The position numbers were made by a program, and so were the translations under genes. A DNA stretch of 64,000 bases from contig OY763325.1 of the NCBI GenBank assembly GCA_963667315.1, positions 1,669,380 to 1,733,379 on the forward strand, in the 5' to 3' direction. Shown one piece after another: positions 1-9,831 of this stretch (positions are counted from its first letter, which is position 1; each line of letters starts with the position of its first letter). The notes beneath the pieces are model-generated. The model was given only the letters and a program-made list of their open reading frames with translations. It ran no database searches and was not told the origin of the DNA. This DNA is from an uncultured Thermotogae bacterium (GTDB lineage Bacteria > Thermotogota > Thermotogae > MWEM01).

Positions 1-139
1 ACATCTCTTCAGTAGCCTCTACAGCATCTTTATACTCTTTATTACCAAGAAATATCTTAAGAGGTACAACCTCAATTCCTTCTTTTTTGATCATTTCAAC
101 CGGTGTATCACTGGCAGAATCCGTTATTATACCTATCAT
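1..139 (-). CDS. DegV family protein, N-terminal fragment; the gene continues beyond the window start
   Basis: Reverse-complement of 1-139 reads ATG at 139..137 preceded by GGAGGGG RBS and translates MIGIITDSASDTPVEMIKKEGIEVVPLKIFLGNKEYKDAVEATEEM, matching the N-termini of the three other DegV paralogs in this window (MIGIISDTGTDIPP, MIGMICDTATDIPQ, MIGIMCDSANDIST). Not in the ORF track because no stop lies in the window. Confidence 0.6.
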   Translation of the reverse strand, partial: MIGIITDSASDTPVEMIKKEGIEVVPLKIFLGNKEYKDAVEATEEM

Positions 140-406
140 TCGTTTTCCCCTCCCCGATAAACCCAAATTACTATAGTATACATGATTATGGAGATTTCCC
201 TCCCTTTTTCTCTGATTTGATGTTTGAATTTCAATATTGATTGTAAAATAACAAGTTAGAAGAATTGAAGGTAATTATCCTCTGCGTTTATACCCTGAGA
301 AAAATAAAAACAGAATGATCACAAACAATAAAATTAAGGGGATTGAAAATCCCCTCTCTTGTTCCCTGTCCACACAATCAAAACCTTCCAGGCCATCATG
401 TCCAAT

Positions 407-434
407 TTGACAAACAATAATTATTACGGTACAA
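407..434 (+). promoter_or_regulatory. Putative sigma70-type promoter for the marR-ABC operon (TTGACA-16nt-TACAAT), overlapped by GTACA...TGTAC inverted repeat and TATTACGG/TATACGG direct repeat
   Basis: TTGACA at 407-412, TACAAT at 429-434; GTACAatatatttcgTGTAC spans the -10; similar repeat TTATTACGG (421-429) and ATTATACGG (466-474). Candidate MarR auto-operator. Confidence 0.35.
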
Positions 435-519
435 TATATTTCGTGTACGAAATATCCGCTTGCTTATTATACGGACAAGAAATATTTTTATCAGAATAAT
501 TGATATTCTAATTATAAAA

Positions 520-1038
520 ATGAGAAGAAGAAAGAGGGTGAATTTATTGAATGAGAACGAAAAGAATTTTGAAAATGAAATGATTCTTGAAATCGTGAAG
601 TTGATAAAGGAAATCATGCATCACATCAAGTTGAGTCTTGACGAGGAATTCAAAAAGATGGATGTGACGGAATCTCAGGCAATGGTTCTGAGAGTGTTGA
701 TTCACGATGGTGAGATGAAGGTTAGCGATATCAGTAAAAGACTGGATCTTTCAAACAGTACAGTATCCGGAATCATTGACAGACTGGTTGATAAAGGAAT
801 CGTCATCAGAAAAAGAAGTCAAAAAGATAGACGCGTCGTCATGATTAGTATGTCAGATGATTTCCGTGAACCGCTCAGAAAACATTTTGAAGCCATCAGC
901 AAAAAGTTAAGTACAGCTGTTTCAGTGGGAAATCAGGATGATCTTGATTTGATTTTAAAAGCACTTGAAAAATTGAAGGCAATATTTATTGCAGCACAAA
1001 AAAATGACGAAAAAGGAGAAAATGGATGTTTAAACTGA
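520..1038 (+). CDS. MarR family transcriptional regulator (start uncertain: ATG 520, or in-frame TTG 547 preceded by AGAAAGAGGGTG)
   Basis: Winged-helix MarR signature region (ESQAMVLRVLIHDGEMKVSDISKRLDLSNSTVSGIIDRLVDKGIVIRKRSQKDRRVV); the annotated 460 start gives a low-complexity N-extension; overlaps downstream ABC gene by 13 nt. Confidence 0.8.
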   Translation: MRRRKRVNLLNENEKNFENEMILEIVKLIKEIMHHIKLSLDEEFKKMDVTESQAMVLRVLIHDGEMKVSDISKRLDLSNSTVSGIIDRLVDKGIVIRKRSQKDRRVVMISMSDDFREPLRKHFEAISKKLSTAVSVGNQDDLDLILKALEKLKAIFIAAQKNDEKGENGCLN

Positions 1039-3251
1039 TAAGGTATTTAAAACCCTATACCGTGTTTATCATTATCGCTATCGCATTATTGTTTGTACAG
1101 GCGATGAGTGAACTGGCTCTGCCGGATTATATGTCTGACATCGTAAATGTGGGCATACAGCAAGGCGGGATAGAAGAAGCCATTCCAGAGGCAATCGAAA
1201 AAGAAACATTCGGTAACGTTTCGCTCTTCTTGAGTAAGAAAGATCAGGAAGAAGTCTTAAAACATTATGAACTGATAACTAAAGAGTCCGCTACTTATCA
1301 GGAAAAACTGGAAAAATATCCTGTATTGGACAAAAAAGACATTTATGTGCTAAAAGATGTCGAAGTAAAAGATAGAGAAACGTTGGAACTGACTCTCGCA
1401 AAGGCATTAATGGCTTATTCCGGGATTAAAAACGGGGGTGCAGAGGGAAATGAAAATTTCTCACCTCCAAATGGAATAACCATCCCCGAAGGCGCTGATG
1501 TATTCAAACTCATGCGCTTTATCCCGGAAACACAGCGGTTGGAAATGATCCAACAGATTGACGGTATGATAGAAGTTATGGGACCAAATACAGTCAAGCA
1601 AGCGGGGGCACTTGCGGTTAAAGACATTTACAATGAACTTGGACTGGAAACTGACAGGATTCAAAGCGATTATGTCCTCTGGGCAGGATTCAGGATGATA
1701 CTGGTAACACTTTTAAGTGCGTTATGTACGGTTATGGTCGCCTTTATCGCCTCAAAGATTGCCGCAGCTTCCGCAAGAACCTTGAGAAGAGATGTATTTG
1801 AAAAGGTAGAAAATTTCTCAAACTCTGAATTTGCACAATTCTCAACGGCATCGCTGATTACCCGAACAACGAACGATATCACTCAGATTCAGCTGGTTGT
1901 TGTCATGATCATCAGGATGGTATTTTACGCACCGATCATGGGTGTCGGAGGTGTGATCAAAGCCCTTGAAAAGAGTGCTTCCATGTCATGGGTCATCGCA
2001 CTTGCCGTTATCGTTCTGCTTGGATTGATTGGAATTGTATTTGCGCTCGCATTACCCAAATTCAAGAAGATTCAAAAACTCATCGACAGACTCAACCTCG
2101 TTACAAGAGAGAATCTCTCCGGTCTCATGGTTGTCAGAGCTTTCAACACGCAACATTTCGAAGAGGAGCGCTTTGATGTTGCCAACGAAGATGTGACAAA
2201 AACAAACTTATTTGTCAACAGGGTAATGGTCGTACTCATGCCGGCCATCATGTTCATCATGAATGGTGTCATGCTTCTTATCGTATGGGTTGGAGCGCAT
2301 CATATTGAGGCTTCAAGTATGCAGGTGGGGGATATGATGGCCTATATTCAATATGCCATGCAGATCATCTTCTCATTCCTTATGCTGACCATGCTCTTCA
2401 TCATGATACCGAGGGCATCTGTATCAGGGGTAAGAGTCTCGGAGATACTGGAAGTCGATCCTCAGATCAAAGATCCGGAAAAACCGAAAGAATTACCGAA
2501 AGATTTTAAAGGAAAAGTAGAATTCAAAGATGTCTGCTACCGATTCCCCGGAGCGGAAGAAAACATCCTGAATAAGATAAGCTTTACAGCATTACCCGGA
2601 CAGACAACTGCGATCATTGGGTCCACAGGTTCCGGAAAATCGACATTGCTAAACATGATCCCCCGTTTTTACGATGTCTGCGGCGGACAGGTATTGATTG
2701 ACGATATCGATATCCGGGATATCAAGCAGCATGAACTTCGGGATCATATCGGATATGTTCCCCAGAAAGGTGTTCTTTTCAGCGGAACCATAGAATCCAA
2801 TCTAAAATACGCCGATGAAAATGCTTCTGAAAAAGAAATGAAAAAAGCGGCTGAGATAGCTCAGGCAACAGAGTTTATCGAAACGAAAGAGGAAAAATAT
2901 TTAACACCGATTTCTCAGGGAGGAACAAATGTCTCCGGTGGGCAAAAACAGAGATTAGCCATCGCCAGAGCCCTGTTAAAAAAACCTGAAATTTATCTTT
3001 TCGATGACAGTTTTTCAGCTCTTGATTTCAAGACTGATGCCGCACTCAGAAGAAAATTAAAGGAAGAAACAGGAGATAGTACGATGATTATCGTCGGACA
3101 GAGAATTGCAACGATAAAAAATGCCGATCAGATACTCGTTATCGATGAAGGGAAACTTGTCGGAATTGGAAAACATAATGAATTGATGAAGCGTTGTCAG
3201 ACTTACAAGGAAATTGCTCTGTCACAGCTTTCAGAGGAGGAATTGGCATGA
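1026..3251 (+). CDS. ABC transporter ATP-binding/permease protein (half of a heterodimeric exporter), with ~200-aa extracytoplasmic insertion after TM1
   Basis: N-terminal TM helix, long hydrophilic loop, then 5 TM segments, Walker A GSTGSGKST, ABC signature VSGGQKQRLAIARAL, Walker B IYLFDDSFSALD. Confidence 0.85.
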   Translation: MFKLIRYLKPYTVFIIIAIALLFVQAMSELALPDYMSDIVNVGIQQGGIEEAIPEAIEKETFGNVSLFLSKKDQEEVLKHYELITKESATYQEKLEKYPVLDKKDIYVLKDVEVKDRETLELTLAKALMAYSGIKNGGAEGNENFSPPNGITIPEGADVFKLMRFIPETQRLEMIQQIDGMIEVMGPNTVKQAGALAVKDIYNELGLETDRIQSDYVLWAGFRMILVTLLSALCTVMVAFIASKIAAASARTLRRDVFEKVENFSNSEFAQFSTASLITRTTNDITQIQLVVVMIIRMVFYAPIMGVGGVIKALEKSASMSWVIALAVIVLLGLIGIVFALALPKFKKIQKLIDRLNLVTRENLSGLMVVRAFNTQHFEEERFDVANEDVTKTNLFVNRVMVVLMPAIMFIMNGVMLLIVWVGAHHIEASSMQVGDMMAYIQYAMQIIFSFLMLTMLFIMIPRASVSGVRVSEILEVDPQIKDPEKPKELPKDFKGKVEFKDVCYRFPGAEENILNKISFTALPGQTTAIIGSTGSGKSTLLNMIPRFYDVCGGQVLIDDIDIRDIKQHELRDHIGYVPQKGVLFSGTIESNLKYADENASEKEMKKAAEIAQATEFIETKEEKYLTPISQGGTNVSGGQKQRLAIARALLKKPEIYLFDDSFSALDFKTDAALRRKLKEETGDSTMIIVGQRIATIKNADQILVIDEGKLVGIGKHNELMKRCQTYKEIALSQLSEEELA

Positions 3252-5119
3252 GTGAAGAGAGGAAAAGACCAAGAGGCGGACAAGGTCACGGCGGTCCGGG
3301 AGGTCCCGGAATGATGCACGGTGGTGAAAAGGCCAAAGATTTCAGCGGAACCGTAAAAAAACTCACTCAGTATCTGAAAAAATATCAGGTACTGATTATA
3401 ATCGTATTCTGTTTCGCCGCAGCAGGTGCCGTGTTTTCGATCATCGGTCCTAAAATACTCGGTAATGTTACGACAGAAGTCTTTGAAGGCATTATGTCAA
3501 AGATACAGGGAACGGGTGAAGGGATCAATTTCGATTCCATCGCAAAAACCATGATGATATTGCTGGGGTTATACGTTCTCAGTGCCTTATTCAGTTATAT
3601 ACAGGGATGGATCATGTCGGGAATTTCCGCAAAGATCACCTATAAGATGCGAAAAGAGATTTCGCTCAAGATAAACAGATTGCCGCTGAAGTATTACGAT
3701 AAAACCTCTCAGGGAGACGTCCTGTCAAGGGTTACCAACGATGTGGATACGATCAGCAGAACACTTAATCAGTCATTGACCCAGATTATCACATCCATCA
3801 CAACCGTTGTCGGTGTTATCATCATGATGCTGACGATCAGCTGGCAACTGACCCTCATCGCCATGTTGATCCTGCCGGTTTCAACCGGATTGATCGCAGT
3901 CGTTGTCAAGGCTTCACAGAAGTATTTTAAAAAACAACAGCAATATCTGGGTAAGGTCAATGGACATGTCGAAGAGATGTACGGTGGTCATATCGTCGTC
4001 AAGGCATTTAATGGCGAGGATGACAGCGTTAAAACATTTAACAGATTCAACGACGAGCTGTACGATTCAGCATGGAAATCACAATTTCTGTCCGGTATGA
4101 TGATGCCAATCATGACATTTGTCGGTAATCTCGGATATGTATTGATTGCCATCATGGGTGGTTGGTTTGCCGTACAGAAGATGATCACCGTAGGAGATAT
4201 TCAGGCATTTATTCAATACGTCAGATCTTTTACACAGCCGATTGCCCAGATTGCCAATATCATGAATGTCTTCCAGCAAACGGCAGCGGCAGCAGAAAGA
4301 GTCTTTGAATTTCTCGAAGAAGACGAAGAAGTTCCTGACACAAGCAATCCAGTAAGGGATATCCATCATGAAGGGCATGTTGAATTCAGAAATGTTCAAT
4401 TCGGTTATGATCCTGAAAAAATTATCATCAACGATTTCTCATGTGAAGTGGAAAAAGGACATAATATCGCTATCGTAGGTCCGACCGGTGCCGGAAAGAC
4501 GACCGTTGTCAAGTTGCTGATGCGATTCTACGATGTCAATTCGGGAGAAATTTTGCTTGACGGACACAATATCAAAGATTTCACCAGATATGATCTGAGA
4601 GAAAACTTTGGGATGGTTCTTCAGGATACCTGGCTCTACAACGGCAGTATATGGGATAACATCAAATACGGCCGACTGGATGCAACGGATGATGAAATAC
4701 TTGCCGCTGCAAAGGCGGCTCATGTGGATTCATTTGTCCATGCCCTGCCGGACGGTTACGATATGCAGCTCAACGAAGAACTGACGAACCTCTCTCAGGG
4801 TCAAAAGCAGCTCATCACCATTGCAAGAGCCGTTCTTGCCAATCCGAAAGTTCTCATACTGGATGAAGCGACGAGCTCTGTCGACACACGAACAGAGGTT
4901 CAGATTCAGAAAGCCATGAATAATCTCATGAAGAATCGTACCAGCTTTGTTATCGCACACAGGTTGTCAACGATCAGAGAAGCCGATCTCATCCTCGTCA
5001 TGAATGAAGGGGATATCGTTGAACAGGGGAATCATGAAGAATTGCTTAAGAAGGGCGGATTCTATGCTGATCTCTACACGAGCCAGTTTGAAGAGGATTT
5101 TGTCGAAACGGAATCCTAA
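3248..5119 (+). CDS. ABC transporter ATP-binding/permease protein (second half of heterodimeric exporter)
   Basis: GAGGAGG RBS at 3233-3239, ATG 3248 overlapping the upstream stop (ATGA); Gly-rich N-tail, 6 TM, Walker A GPTGAGKTT, signature LSQGQKQLITIARAV, Walker B VLILDEATSSVD. Confidence 0.85.
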   Translation: MSEERKRPRGGQGHGGPGGPGMMHGGEKAKDFSGTVKKLTQYLKKYQVLIIIVFCFAAAGAVFSIIGPKILGNVTTEVFEGIMSKIQGTGEGINFDSIAKTMMILLGLYVLSALFSYIQGWIMSGISAKITYKMRKEISLKINRLPLKYYDKTSQGDVLSRVTNDVDTISRTLNQSLTQIITSITTVVGVIIMMLTISWQLTLIAMLILPVSTGLIAVVVKASQKYFKKQQQYLGKVNGHVEEMYGGHIVVKAFNGEDDSVKTFNRFNDELYDSAWKSQFLSGMMMPIMTFVGNLGYVLIAIMGGWFAVQKMITVGDIQAFIQYVRSFTQPIAQIANIMNVFQQTAAAAERVFEFLEEDEEVPDTSNPVRDIHHEGHVEFRNVQFGYDPEKIIINDFSCEVEKGHNIAIVGPTGAGKTTVVKLLMRFYDVNSGEILLDGHNIKDFTRYDLRENFGMVLQDTWLYNGSIWDNIKYGRLDATDDEILAAAKAAHVDSFVHALPDGYDMQLNEELTNLSQGQKQLITIARAVLANPKVLILDEATSSVDTRTEVQIQKAMNNLMKNRTSFVIAHRLSTIREADLILVMNEGDIVEQGNHEELLKKGGFYADLYTSQFEEDFVETES

Positions 5120-5134
5120 TAGTCTCATTTTCAT

Positions 5135-5160
5135 CCCCTCCTCTGAGGAGGGGATTTTTC
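5135..5160 (+). terminator. Rho-independent terminator after the ABC exporter pair
   Basis: CCCCTCCtctgaGGAGGGG stem followed by ATTTTTC. Confidence 0.6.
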
Positions 5161-5235
5161 ATTTAAACCGGTTTTTTCATGTTATAATTCAAGTAATACG
5201 CTGAATTATAAAAATCCCACCCCGGAGGTGTGCAT

Positions 5236-8200
5236 ATGAAAAAACGTTTCGAAAAAGGGTTTAAAATTCATTTCATTTTGCTTATCATACTCATGGTTTC
5301 CGGCAGCAGTCTTCTGGCAGAAATGCTTTTCGACAACTTCAACGTTTATGCCGTTCAATCAAATCCAAGTTCACAACTGTTTTTCACACTTGCTCAAAAG
5401 AGTCACATCACTAAAATAACAAATTATCATTGGAATAACGGCAGGGGAGCTGAACCTGGTTATATTTCAATCCTTGATGAATCAGGTGGAACCGTTTACG
5501 GAATCTGGTTATCTCATCCTCAGAAAGGGCAGGGTGGTGTCCCAAATGCCTATTGGATCGTTGAACCGGATATCATTCTTGAAAGCGGGACTTATCAAAT
5601 CGTAGATACGGACTGGTGGACCTGGAGTTGTAATGCGGCAAGTCAATACATCGGAATGACACGGATAGAAGGGGAAAAGATAAAACAGACCTCATCATTC
5701 GGCAGCAGTTTAAGCAATCTGTTCTCCTCTAAAAAAACAAATTCCCTCAAACCGTCTTTTAAAGAGCAAACGATTACACTTGAAAACGGAGTTACCGTCA
5801 CCATCCCGGAAAACACCATAAGGGAATCGGTGACCCTAAACATGACAGAACCGGACTATGGACAAATAGAACGGGAATCGGATGATGATTTCTTCGACCC
5901 AGACTTTAATTTTACCAGAATTGCAGCGTACAACTTCACCTTAAAAGGCGAGGGCGGACAATTCATTCGAGAATTCGACCAGCCGATAGAAATTGAAGTT
6001 CCTTATGATCCGGATAAACTGAATCCCAATTACACGCCCGGACAGCAAATTGCAGCGAGAAGATGGGATGAAGAAAGCCAACGATGGATCTATCTTGAAA
6101 GTGAATTTGATACGGTCAATCAGGTTATCCGGACAAAAACCGATCATTTCACCTTGATCGAATGGGTGATTATTGTAAAAATCGTTGCTGCAACTGAAAT
6201 CTCACACAGGATTTACGAAGGAATAGTCTTTGATCAATTCCGAACCGGGAATTTTCTGATCCTTTATTCTTTAAAAGAGATTCAGAAAAGTTCTGTGAAC
6301 AATGCCGACTGGGTCAAAAAAGGCGGGAATTCTTTTCAGAATAAGATCATTGTCCCAAAAGATTTTGACTACAATTATTCCGAAACTTCCGGTGGAACGC
6401 TTCAACTTGAGCCGTTAACAACTGCTCAGGTATCCAAAACACCCTATTACATAATGGAACTCGGTGAAGCTCTGGATAAGGCTTATGAAAAGTACGGCAA
6501 ACATTTTAAAAAGCCCGAGGTTCCCATCATCGTAAAGGTTGATTCAAAATACATCAAGACAACGGGAGCAAGAGGTGCGTATGAAAAGATTTACAGACGC
6601 CTGCACATCAACACCGGCATCGTGAACACTGTTGACCTGTTAAAGATGTCGAGTGCCCATGAACTCTTCCACGTCTTTCAAAACGAGTATTACTCAAAGA
6701 CACAGATGAGTCAGGCAACGGGAAAGGCGTATCACTGGTGGCTGGAGGCAACTGCTGATTGGGCGGCCTGTAATATTGCATGGCCAGAACTCGAGATGAT
6801 GGGAGCTCAGGCTTCTTCACAGAAATATCCCTATATCAAAGAAATGGAATACTCTTTGAATTATATCGGCTCACCGGACGGCCTGGTGGATGATATTGAA
6901 TACGACAGGGCATTCTTCGTCGATTATCTCGTCAATCAGGGAGCAGACTTTCCCGAATTGTTTAAATATGTGGCCAAAAACAGCGATATGACATATCCTG
7001 TTTTTTCACCCTTAATTGACTATTTCAAGATAAACAGAACTTATAACGATGAATATTTTGATGCGTTGTATCGCAATTTTGCGGCATTATTCTTCTTGAG
7101 CGATAAAAGTCCTGTGAACCCCAAAACAGACCGGTTGAAGGCTGCCGTCAAAAATGATGCTTTCAGTAAAAGCAGTGGCACGATTCTAAACGGTGTCTTT
7201 AACCTTAAAGGAGGGTTCACAACGAATCTGTGGATGATAGCGGTGACAGGCAGTGAAAAAATCAGGATGACTGCACACACACTCTCAAAGTCCGGCGATT
7301 TCATGACAGCTGATATCTATGTGATGAAAAAGGGCGAAAAAGAACGGGATTTCTATTCAAAAAAAGTGGGAGAGTTAACAAAATTCTTCACTGATGTCGA
7401 TTTTGAAGCTGCGCCGGGGGATGTGATTTATATCGTCATGTGCAATACAAGCCCCGAAGTCAACGGCAATATCAGCATAAAGCTTCAAGCATCGGATATC
7501 TCGCTGAGTATTACACCCTCCGAAATCGACAACAAAGACGGAAAGCTGGATCACAATTTTGAAATCAAGGCGGAGAATATCCCATCCTCACATTCTCAAT
7601 TGAGATTTGTCTGGTATACGAGTGATGACAGGTCATCTAAACAAAATATCGATAAAACGCCATCAGGAATGACAAGCTCTTTCTCCATCAGAAAAACATT
7701 CCCTTCGGACGGTGACTATACCCTTTATGTAAAACTTTATGATCCGGATGATTTGAACAGGGTATTGGCTGAAAAAGAATGCAGGATAAAAATAGAAACA
7801 ATGGGACAGGGGTTCGACTGTAATGTCGACTTATCCACCTTGAAAAAGGAAATTGAAAGGAAGAAGATCTACTATCTCGACAACAGCTGGGATATGCAGG
7901 GGCCTTATGAAGCCTATTTTGACGAGGCAAAGACCAAACTCTATGAAAAAGGCTGTATGAAAGACGATTATCCGGTCGGACACTGGATCAGGATGCATGA
8001 AAACGGTCAGAAATTCTATGACGGGTATTACAATGACCGGCATGCACGTGATATTCACTGGGATTTCTGGTATGAAGACGGTACTCCTCAATCATCATGT
8101 GATTATTCCGATGGCAAATTACACGGCAACTGCATCTGGTATCATCAAAACGGAACACCTGAAATTCAGGGTAGAATGGTTCAGGGAGAAAAAGAAGGTC

Positions 8201-8460
8201 TTTGGAAAGAATGGTATGAAAACGGAAACCTCTCTTTTGAAGGCTCATACAAAGCGGGTTACTTCCACGGCTCTTTCAGATCCTACAGCGAAACCGGCCT
8301 CTTGAAAGAAACAGGGTCATATGACATGAATGAACCCAATGGATTCTGGAATTTATACGATTCAAAGGGTGTGAGATATCAATCACTTGATTATGACAAC
8401 GCTGTTACCATCATCTACAAAAAAGACGGTCAGGAAGTGGAAAGAGTAGAGAACTGGTAG
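5236..8460 (+). CDS. Large exported protein: signal peptide, central HExxH zincin-like motif (putative metallopeptidase domain), C-terminal MORN/YwqK-type repeats
   Basis: GGAGGTG RBS at 5224-5230 then ATG 5236 (track start 5230 is a GTG). N-term MKKRFEKGFKIHFILLIILMVSGSSLLA. HELFH at nt 6658-6672 followed by WWLEATADW (possible third Glu ligand). C-terminal ~170 aa of repeated G-x-W/Y...Y..G units (GHWIRMHENGQKFYDGYY, GNCIWYHQNGTPEIQG, GLWKEWYENGNLSFEGSY, GFWNLYDSKGVRY) typical of MORN_2/YwqK repeats. Confidence 0.7.
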   Translation: MKKRFEKGFKIHFILLIILMVSGSSLLAEMLFDNFNVYAVQSNPSSQLFFTLAQKSHITKITNYHWNNGRGAEPGYISILDESGGTVYGIWLSHPQKGQGGVPNAYWIVEPDIILESGTYQIVDTDWWTWSCNAASQYIGMTRIEGEKIKQTSSFGSSLSNLFSSKKTNSLKPSFKEQTITLENGVTVTIPENTIRESVTLNMTEPDYGQIERESDDDFFDPDFNFTRIAAYNFTLKGEGGQFIREFDQPIEIEVPYDPDKLNPNYTPGQQIAARRWDEESQRWIYLESEFDTVNQVIRTKTDHFTLIEWVIIVKIVAATEISHRIYEGIVFDQFRTGNFLILYSLKEIQKSSVNNADWVKKGGNSFQNKIIVPKDFDYNYSETSGGTLQLEPLTTAQVSKTPYYIMELGEALDKAYEKYGKHFKKPEVPIIVKVDSKYIKTTGARGAYEKIYRRLHINTGIVNTVDLLKMSSAHELFHVFQNEYYSKTQMSQATGKAYHWWLEATADWAACNIAWPELEMMGAQASSQKYPYIKEMEYSLNYIGSPDGLVDDIEYDRAFFVDYLVNQGADFPELFKYVAKNSDMTYPVFSPLIDYFKINRTYNDEYFDALYRNFAALFFLSDKSPVNPKTDRLKAAVKNDAFSKSSGTILNGVFNLKGGFTTNLWMIAVTGSEKIRMTAHTLSKSGDFMTADIYVMKKGEKERDFYSKKVGELTKFFTDVDFEAAPGDVIYIVMCNTSPEVNGNISIKLQASDISLSITPSEIDNKDGKLDHNFEIKAENIPSSHSQLRFVWYTSDDRSSKQNIDKTPSGMTSSFSIRKTFPSDGDYTLYVKLYDPDDLNRVLAEKECRIKIETMGQGFDCNVDLSTLKKEIERKKIYYLDNSWDMQGPYEAYFDEAKTKLYEKGCMKDDYPVGHWIRMHENGQKFYDGYYNDRHARDIHWDFWYEDGTPQSSCDYSDGKLHGNCIWYHQNGTPEIQGRMVQGEKEGLWKEWYENGNLSFEGSYKAGYFHGSFRSYSETGLLKETGSYDMNEPNGFWNLYDSKGVRYQSLDYDNAVTIIYKKDGQEVERVENW

Positions 8461-8486
8461 AGCAGCTCATAGGAAACAACTTTTAA

Positions 8487-8514
8487 CTCACCGCTTCAGC
8501 GGTGAGTTTTTATT
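8487..8514. terminator. Bidirectional rho-independent terminator between convergent genes
   Basis: CTCACCGCttcaGCGGTGAG followed by TTTTTATT; flanked by A/T on the other side. Confidence 0.65.
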
Positions 8515-8526
8515 ATCTTTACCGCA

Positions 8527-9216
8527 TTACTCATCATTTTTAAAACGCTTCAGGAGTTTTCCCGCTGAAAGGATTTCTACCGATTTATTTCTAAACAGGA
8601 TAATTCCCTCCCGATTGATCTTTATCATTGCTCTGGAAAAAGAGGGTCTTGGAACACCCAGCTTCTGAGATAACTCCTCATGCGTATCCGGTAATTCAAA
8701 GGTCTCGAGCTGATTTTTTTGATACAGATCAAATATCAACCTGTATATCTTCTGTTCGATTGAATAAAACTGATTCTCCCATAGCTTGTTCGCCAGAAAT
8801 TGTACCTTATCAGATAATAACTCAAGAAAATTTTCCTCGAGTTTTTCAGATATCTTGAAAAGCTTCACAAGTGTTTGACGATTAATCATGACGAGTTTCG
8901 TCCTGCCTTTTGATATCAGCGATACCGGAAACATCTCCTTTTTCGAGAAGAGATTGGCAGGTGCTACTATCTGTCCGGACCGGAAAAGTTCAACCTGATA
9001 AATATGACCATCCACATCCTGCATGGTTCCTTTGATACCGCCTTCCAAAACCAGATACATATGATCTGCACATTCGTTTGATGCTCTGATCAGAACATCA
9101 TCTTCATAAGAAGAAACTTTCAGATAATGATTCTCCAAAATGCTGATCAACTCATGCTTCTCTACCCCGTTAAAGAGTCTGAACTCTGCCAAATGATCTA
9201 TTAACGCCTTCATCAA
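8527..9216 (-). CDS. Crp/Fnr family transcriptional regulator (cNMP-binding domain + C-terminal HTH)
   Basis: 229 aa; beta-roll region (YLVLEGGIKGTMQDVDGHIYQVELFRSGQIVAP) and C-terminal HTH (THEELSQKLGVPRPSFSRAMIKINREGII). Confidence 0.85.
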   Translation of the reverse strand: MMKALIDHLAEFRLFNGVEKHELISILENHYLKVSSYEDDVLIRASNECADHMYLVLEGGIKGTMQDVDGHIYQVELFRSGQIVAPANLFSKKEMFPVSLISKGRTKLVMINRQTLVKLFKISEKLEENFLELLSDKVQFLANKLWENQFYSIEQKIYRLIFDLYQKNQLETFELPDTHEELSQKLGVPRPSFSRAMIKINREGIILFRNKSVEILSAGKLLKRFKNDE

Positions 9217-9272
9217 ATCACCTCAAGAAAGATAGGATATCGTCTTTCATCCCGTTGATCTCATTATACACT

Positions 9273-9292
9273 TCAGTAACATAGGTTACTGA
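9273..9292. promoter_or_regulatory. Perfect 8-4-8 palindrome TCAGTAACatagGTTACTGA in the divergent Crp/permease intergenic region; candidate operator
   Basis: Read directly; lies ~60-80 nt upstream of the permease RBS and ~57 nt upstream of the Crp-family start codon on the other strand. Confidence 0.35.
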
Positions 9293-9354
9293 GTGAGAAA
9301 CAAAAAAAGACTATTATCGATTTAATTAATATCAAACAAATGAAGGAGGTCATT

Positions 9355-9831
9355 ATGACGACAATTATTCTTATTGGCGGCGCAATTGGATTTTTCATCT
9401 GGTCGCTGTTCCGAGACAGAAAAAAAACAGAGGAGGCTTTTAAGATCGCGAGAGGCATGTTCCTGAAGACAGCTGTTCAAATCGCAGGCATCCTTGCCCT
9501 CATCAGTCTCTTTTTAACACTTATACCACCGGAACTGATAAAAACTGTGATGGGGTCCGCCAATGAAACGATGAGTATCATCTGGGGATCGTTGGTCGGA
9601 ACGGTTACAATCATCCCGGCATTTGTCGCATTTCCACTGTCCAAATCACTATTGGATGCCGGAGCGGCATTAACTGCCATCGCAGCGTTCCTGACCACCC
9701 TGACGATGGTTGGATTTGCCACCTTTCCGATAGAAAAGGAATATTTCGGAACAAAATTTACCGTGTATCGCAATCTCTTCAGTTTTACCGCGGCAATACT
9801 TATCGCATTGCTCATGGGGGTGCTGTTATGA
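9355..9831 (+). CDS. Membrane permease subunit (small polytopic, predicted-permease family half)
   Basis: AAGGAGG RBS then ATG 9355; 4-5 hydrophobic helices; stop overlaps next start (ATGA at 9828-9831). Confidence 0.65.
   Translation: MTTIILIGGAIGFFIWSLFRDRKKTEEAFKIARGMFLKTAVQIAGILALISLFLTLIPPELIKTVMGSANETMSIIWGSLVGTVTIIPAFVAFPLSKSLLDAGAALTAIAAFLTTLTMVGFATFPIEKEYFGTKFTVYRNLFSFTAAILIALLMGVLL

Noticed and set aside
335-357. GGGGATTgaaaATCCCC hairpin upstream of the partial DegV gene
   Set aside because: On the minus strand a T-rich tract follows, so it could be a terminator, but no gene ends there in this window. I left it as an unassigned hairpin rather than calling a feature.
396-617. 73-aa minus-strand ORF of low-complexity I/F/K-rich sequence upstream of marR
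   Set aside because: It is an AT-rich promoter region translated in a spurious frame, with no RBS, and it overlaps the MarR promoter and 5' end.
1415-4960. Many 60-110-aa ORFs on both strands inside the two ABC transporter genes
   Set aside because: They are fully embedded in long conserved CDSs with recognisable motifs. Typical shadow ORFs.
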